The notes beneath the pieces were generated by a model. The model saw nothing but the letters and a program-made list of their open reading frames with translations. It did not search any database and was not told where the DNA came from. From Octopus vulgaris (lineage: Eukaryota): DNA of 64,000 nucleotides. The DNA is taken from the NCBI GenBank assembly GCA_951406725.2, contig OX597825.1, positions 496,001-560,000 of the forward strand. Direction: 5' to 3'. Shown here one piece after another: positions 1-64,000 of the stretch. Made by a program: the position numbers and the translations under genes. Position 1 is the first letter of the stretch, and every line of letters begins with the position of its first letter.

Positions 1-264
1 GGTAAAGTTGATCTAAACAGGATTTGAACTAAGAATGTAAAGGATCATAACTAAATACTGCATGGTATTTTCTAAGACATTCTTACAATTCTGCCAATTC
101 TACCTCTTAAATTCACAAATATTAAATGCAGATAAAACTAACTAGAGTGAAGTTGTTAATTATCAGCTGTCTGATAAACGGTTTTCAAGGTCGTTTTAAC
201 GTCTCCATTTATATTCTTCTGTGAAACCCAAATATTTGCAACCCTACTTTCCACAGATATATAT

Positions 265-495
265 TTCTTTACTACCCACAAGGGGCTAAACACAGAGCGG
301 ACAAACAAGGACAGACAAACGGATTAAGTCGATTACATCGACTCCAGTGCGTAACTGGTACTTAATTTATCGAACTTGAAAGGATGAAAGGCAAAGTCGA
401 CCTCGGCAGAATTTGAACTCAGAATGTAACGGCAGACGAAATACTGCTAAGCATTTCGCCCGGCGTGCTAACGGTTCCGCCAGCTCGCCACCTTT
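265..495 (-). mobile_element. SINE family B (tRNA-like head, Nin/Deu-like core)
   Basis: Minus strand GGCGAGCTGGCGGAA..GAGTTCAAATTC B-box..GCCTTTCATCCTTTC..TCGATAAA core; more than 10 related copies in window. Confidence 0.75.
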
Positions 496-523
496 AAACG
501 AGATGAGATATCAGTGGTATTTA

Positions 524-63593
<63,070 letters not shown>

Positions 63594-64000
63594 CTAACGA
63601 GGACAGAGAGGAGAAACAGCGAAGATGTAGGAGACAACAAACCAACAAATTTAAAAAGTCCCACCAACTGTGGAAACATTAATTTTAATCATTTTCATAA
63701 ATGATATTAAAGATAAAACACTGACTTTCTGGATATTGATCAAGAACCTCTCCTAATTTGTACTAATCTGGGAGCAGGAACTTCGAATTCTGGCAACCAG
63801 CAGATTAGTTTACTGGTACCTTGCACATACCAGTTTTTTTCATAGTAAAGTACTAATAAACTTGTATAATTTATGCTAATGTACAGGTGCCTATTTTACA
63901 TTCAATTATTTAAGTAAATTTAATACTTCTTAAATTTTGAGGCAACTGCTCCTGGTTTGAAAAAAGTTATTTGGAAAGGTTTTGGAACTAAAAGATTTCA

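Overview
Eukaryotic, AT-rich genomic window. The SINE/RTE repeat landscape is typical of octopus; the species assignment is inferred from recall, not from a search. One gene, mTOR (serine/threonine kinase TOR), spans the window on the minus strand. I traced 38 GT-AG coding exons (63593 to 525, 5,149 bp, about 1,715 codons) with consistent phases and no stops. They cover HEAT repeats, FAT, FRB and the kinase domain up to the catalytic GD(R), roughly human residues 596-2339; both gene ends lie outside the window. Introns hold RTE-clade LINE fragments (with a PHD-like C4HC3 finger after the RT domain), many RTE 3' ends with (GAT)n tails, two tRNA-type SINE families, a decayed full-length mariner, piggyBac-like TTAA MITEs, Helitron-type elements, R4/Dong-like relics and microsatellites. 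Most notable: (1) a 16 x 107-bp near-perfect array inside a TSD-bounded RTE insertion, whose 5' end matches that of an independent copy; (2) a 555-bp TA-flanked foldback element and other long intronic hairpins; (3) an internally deleted bipartite RTE; (4) substitutions at normally conserved TOR residues. There is no CRISPR or other prokaryotic system.
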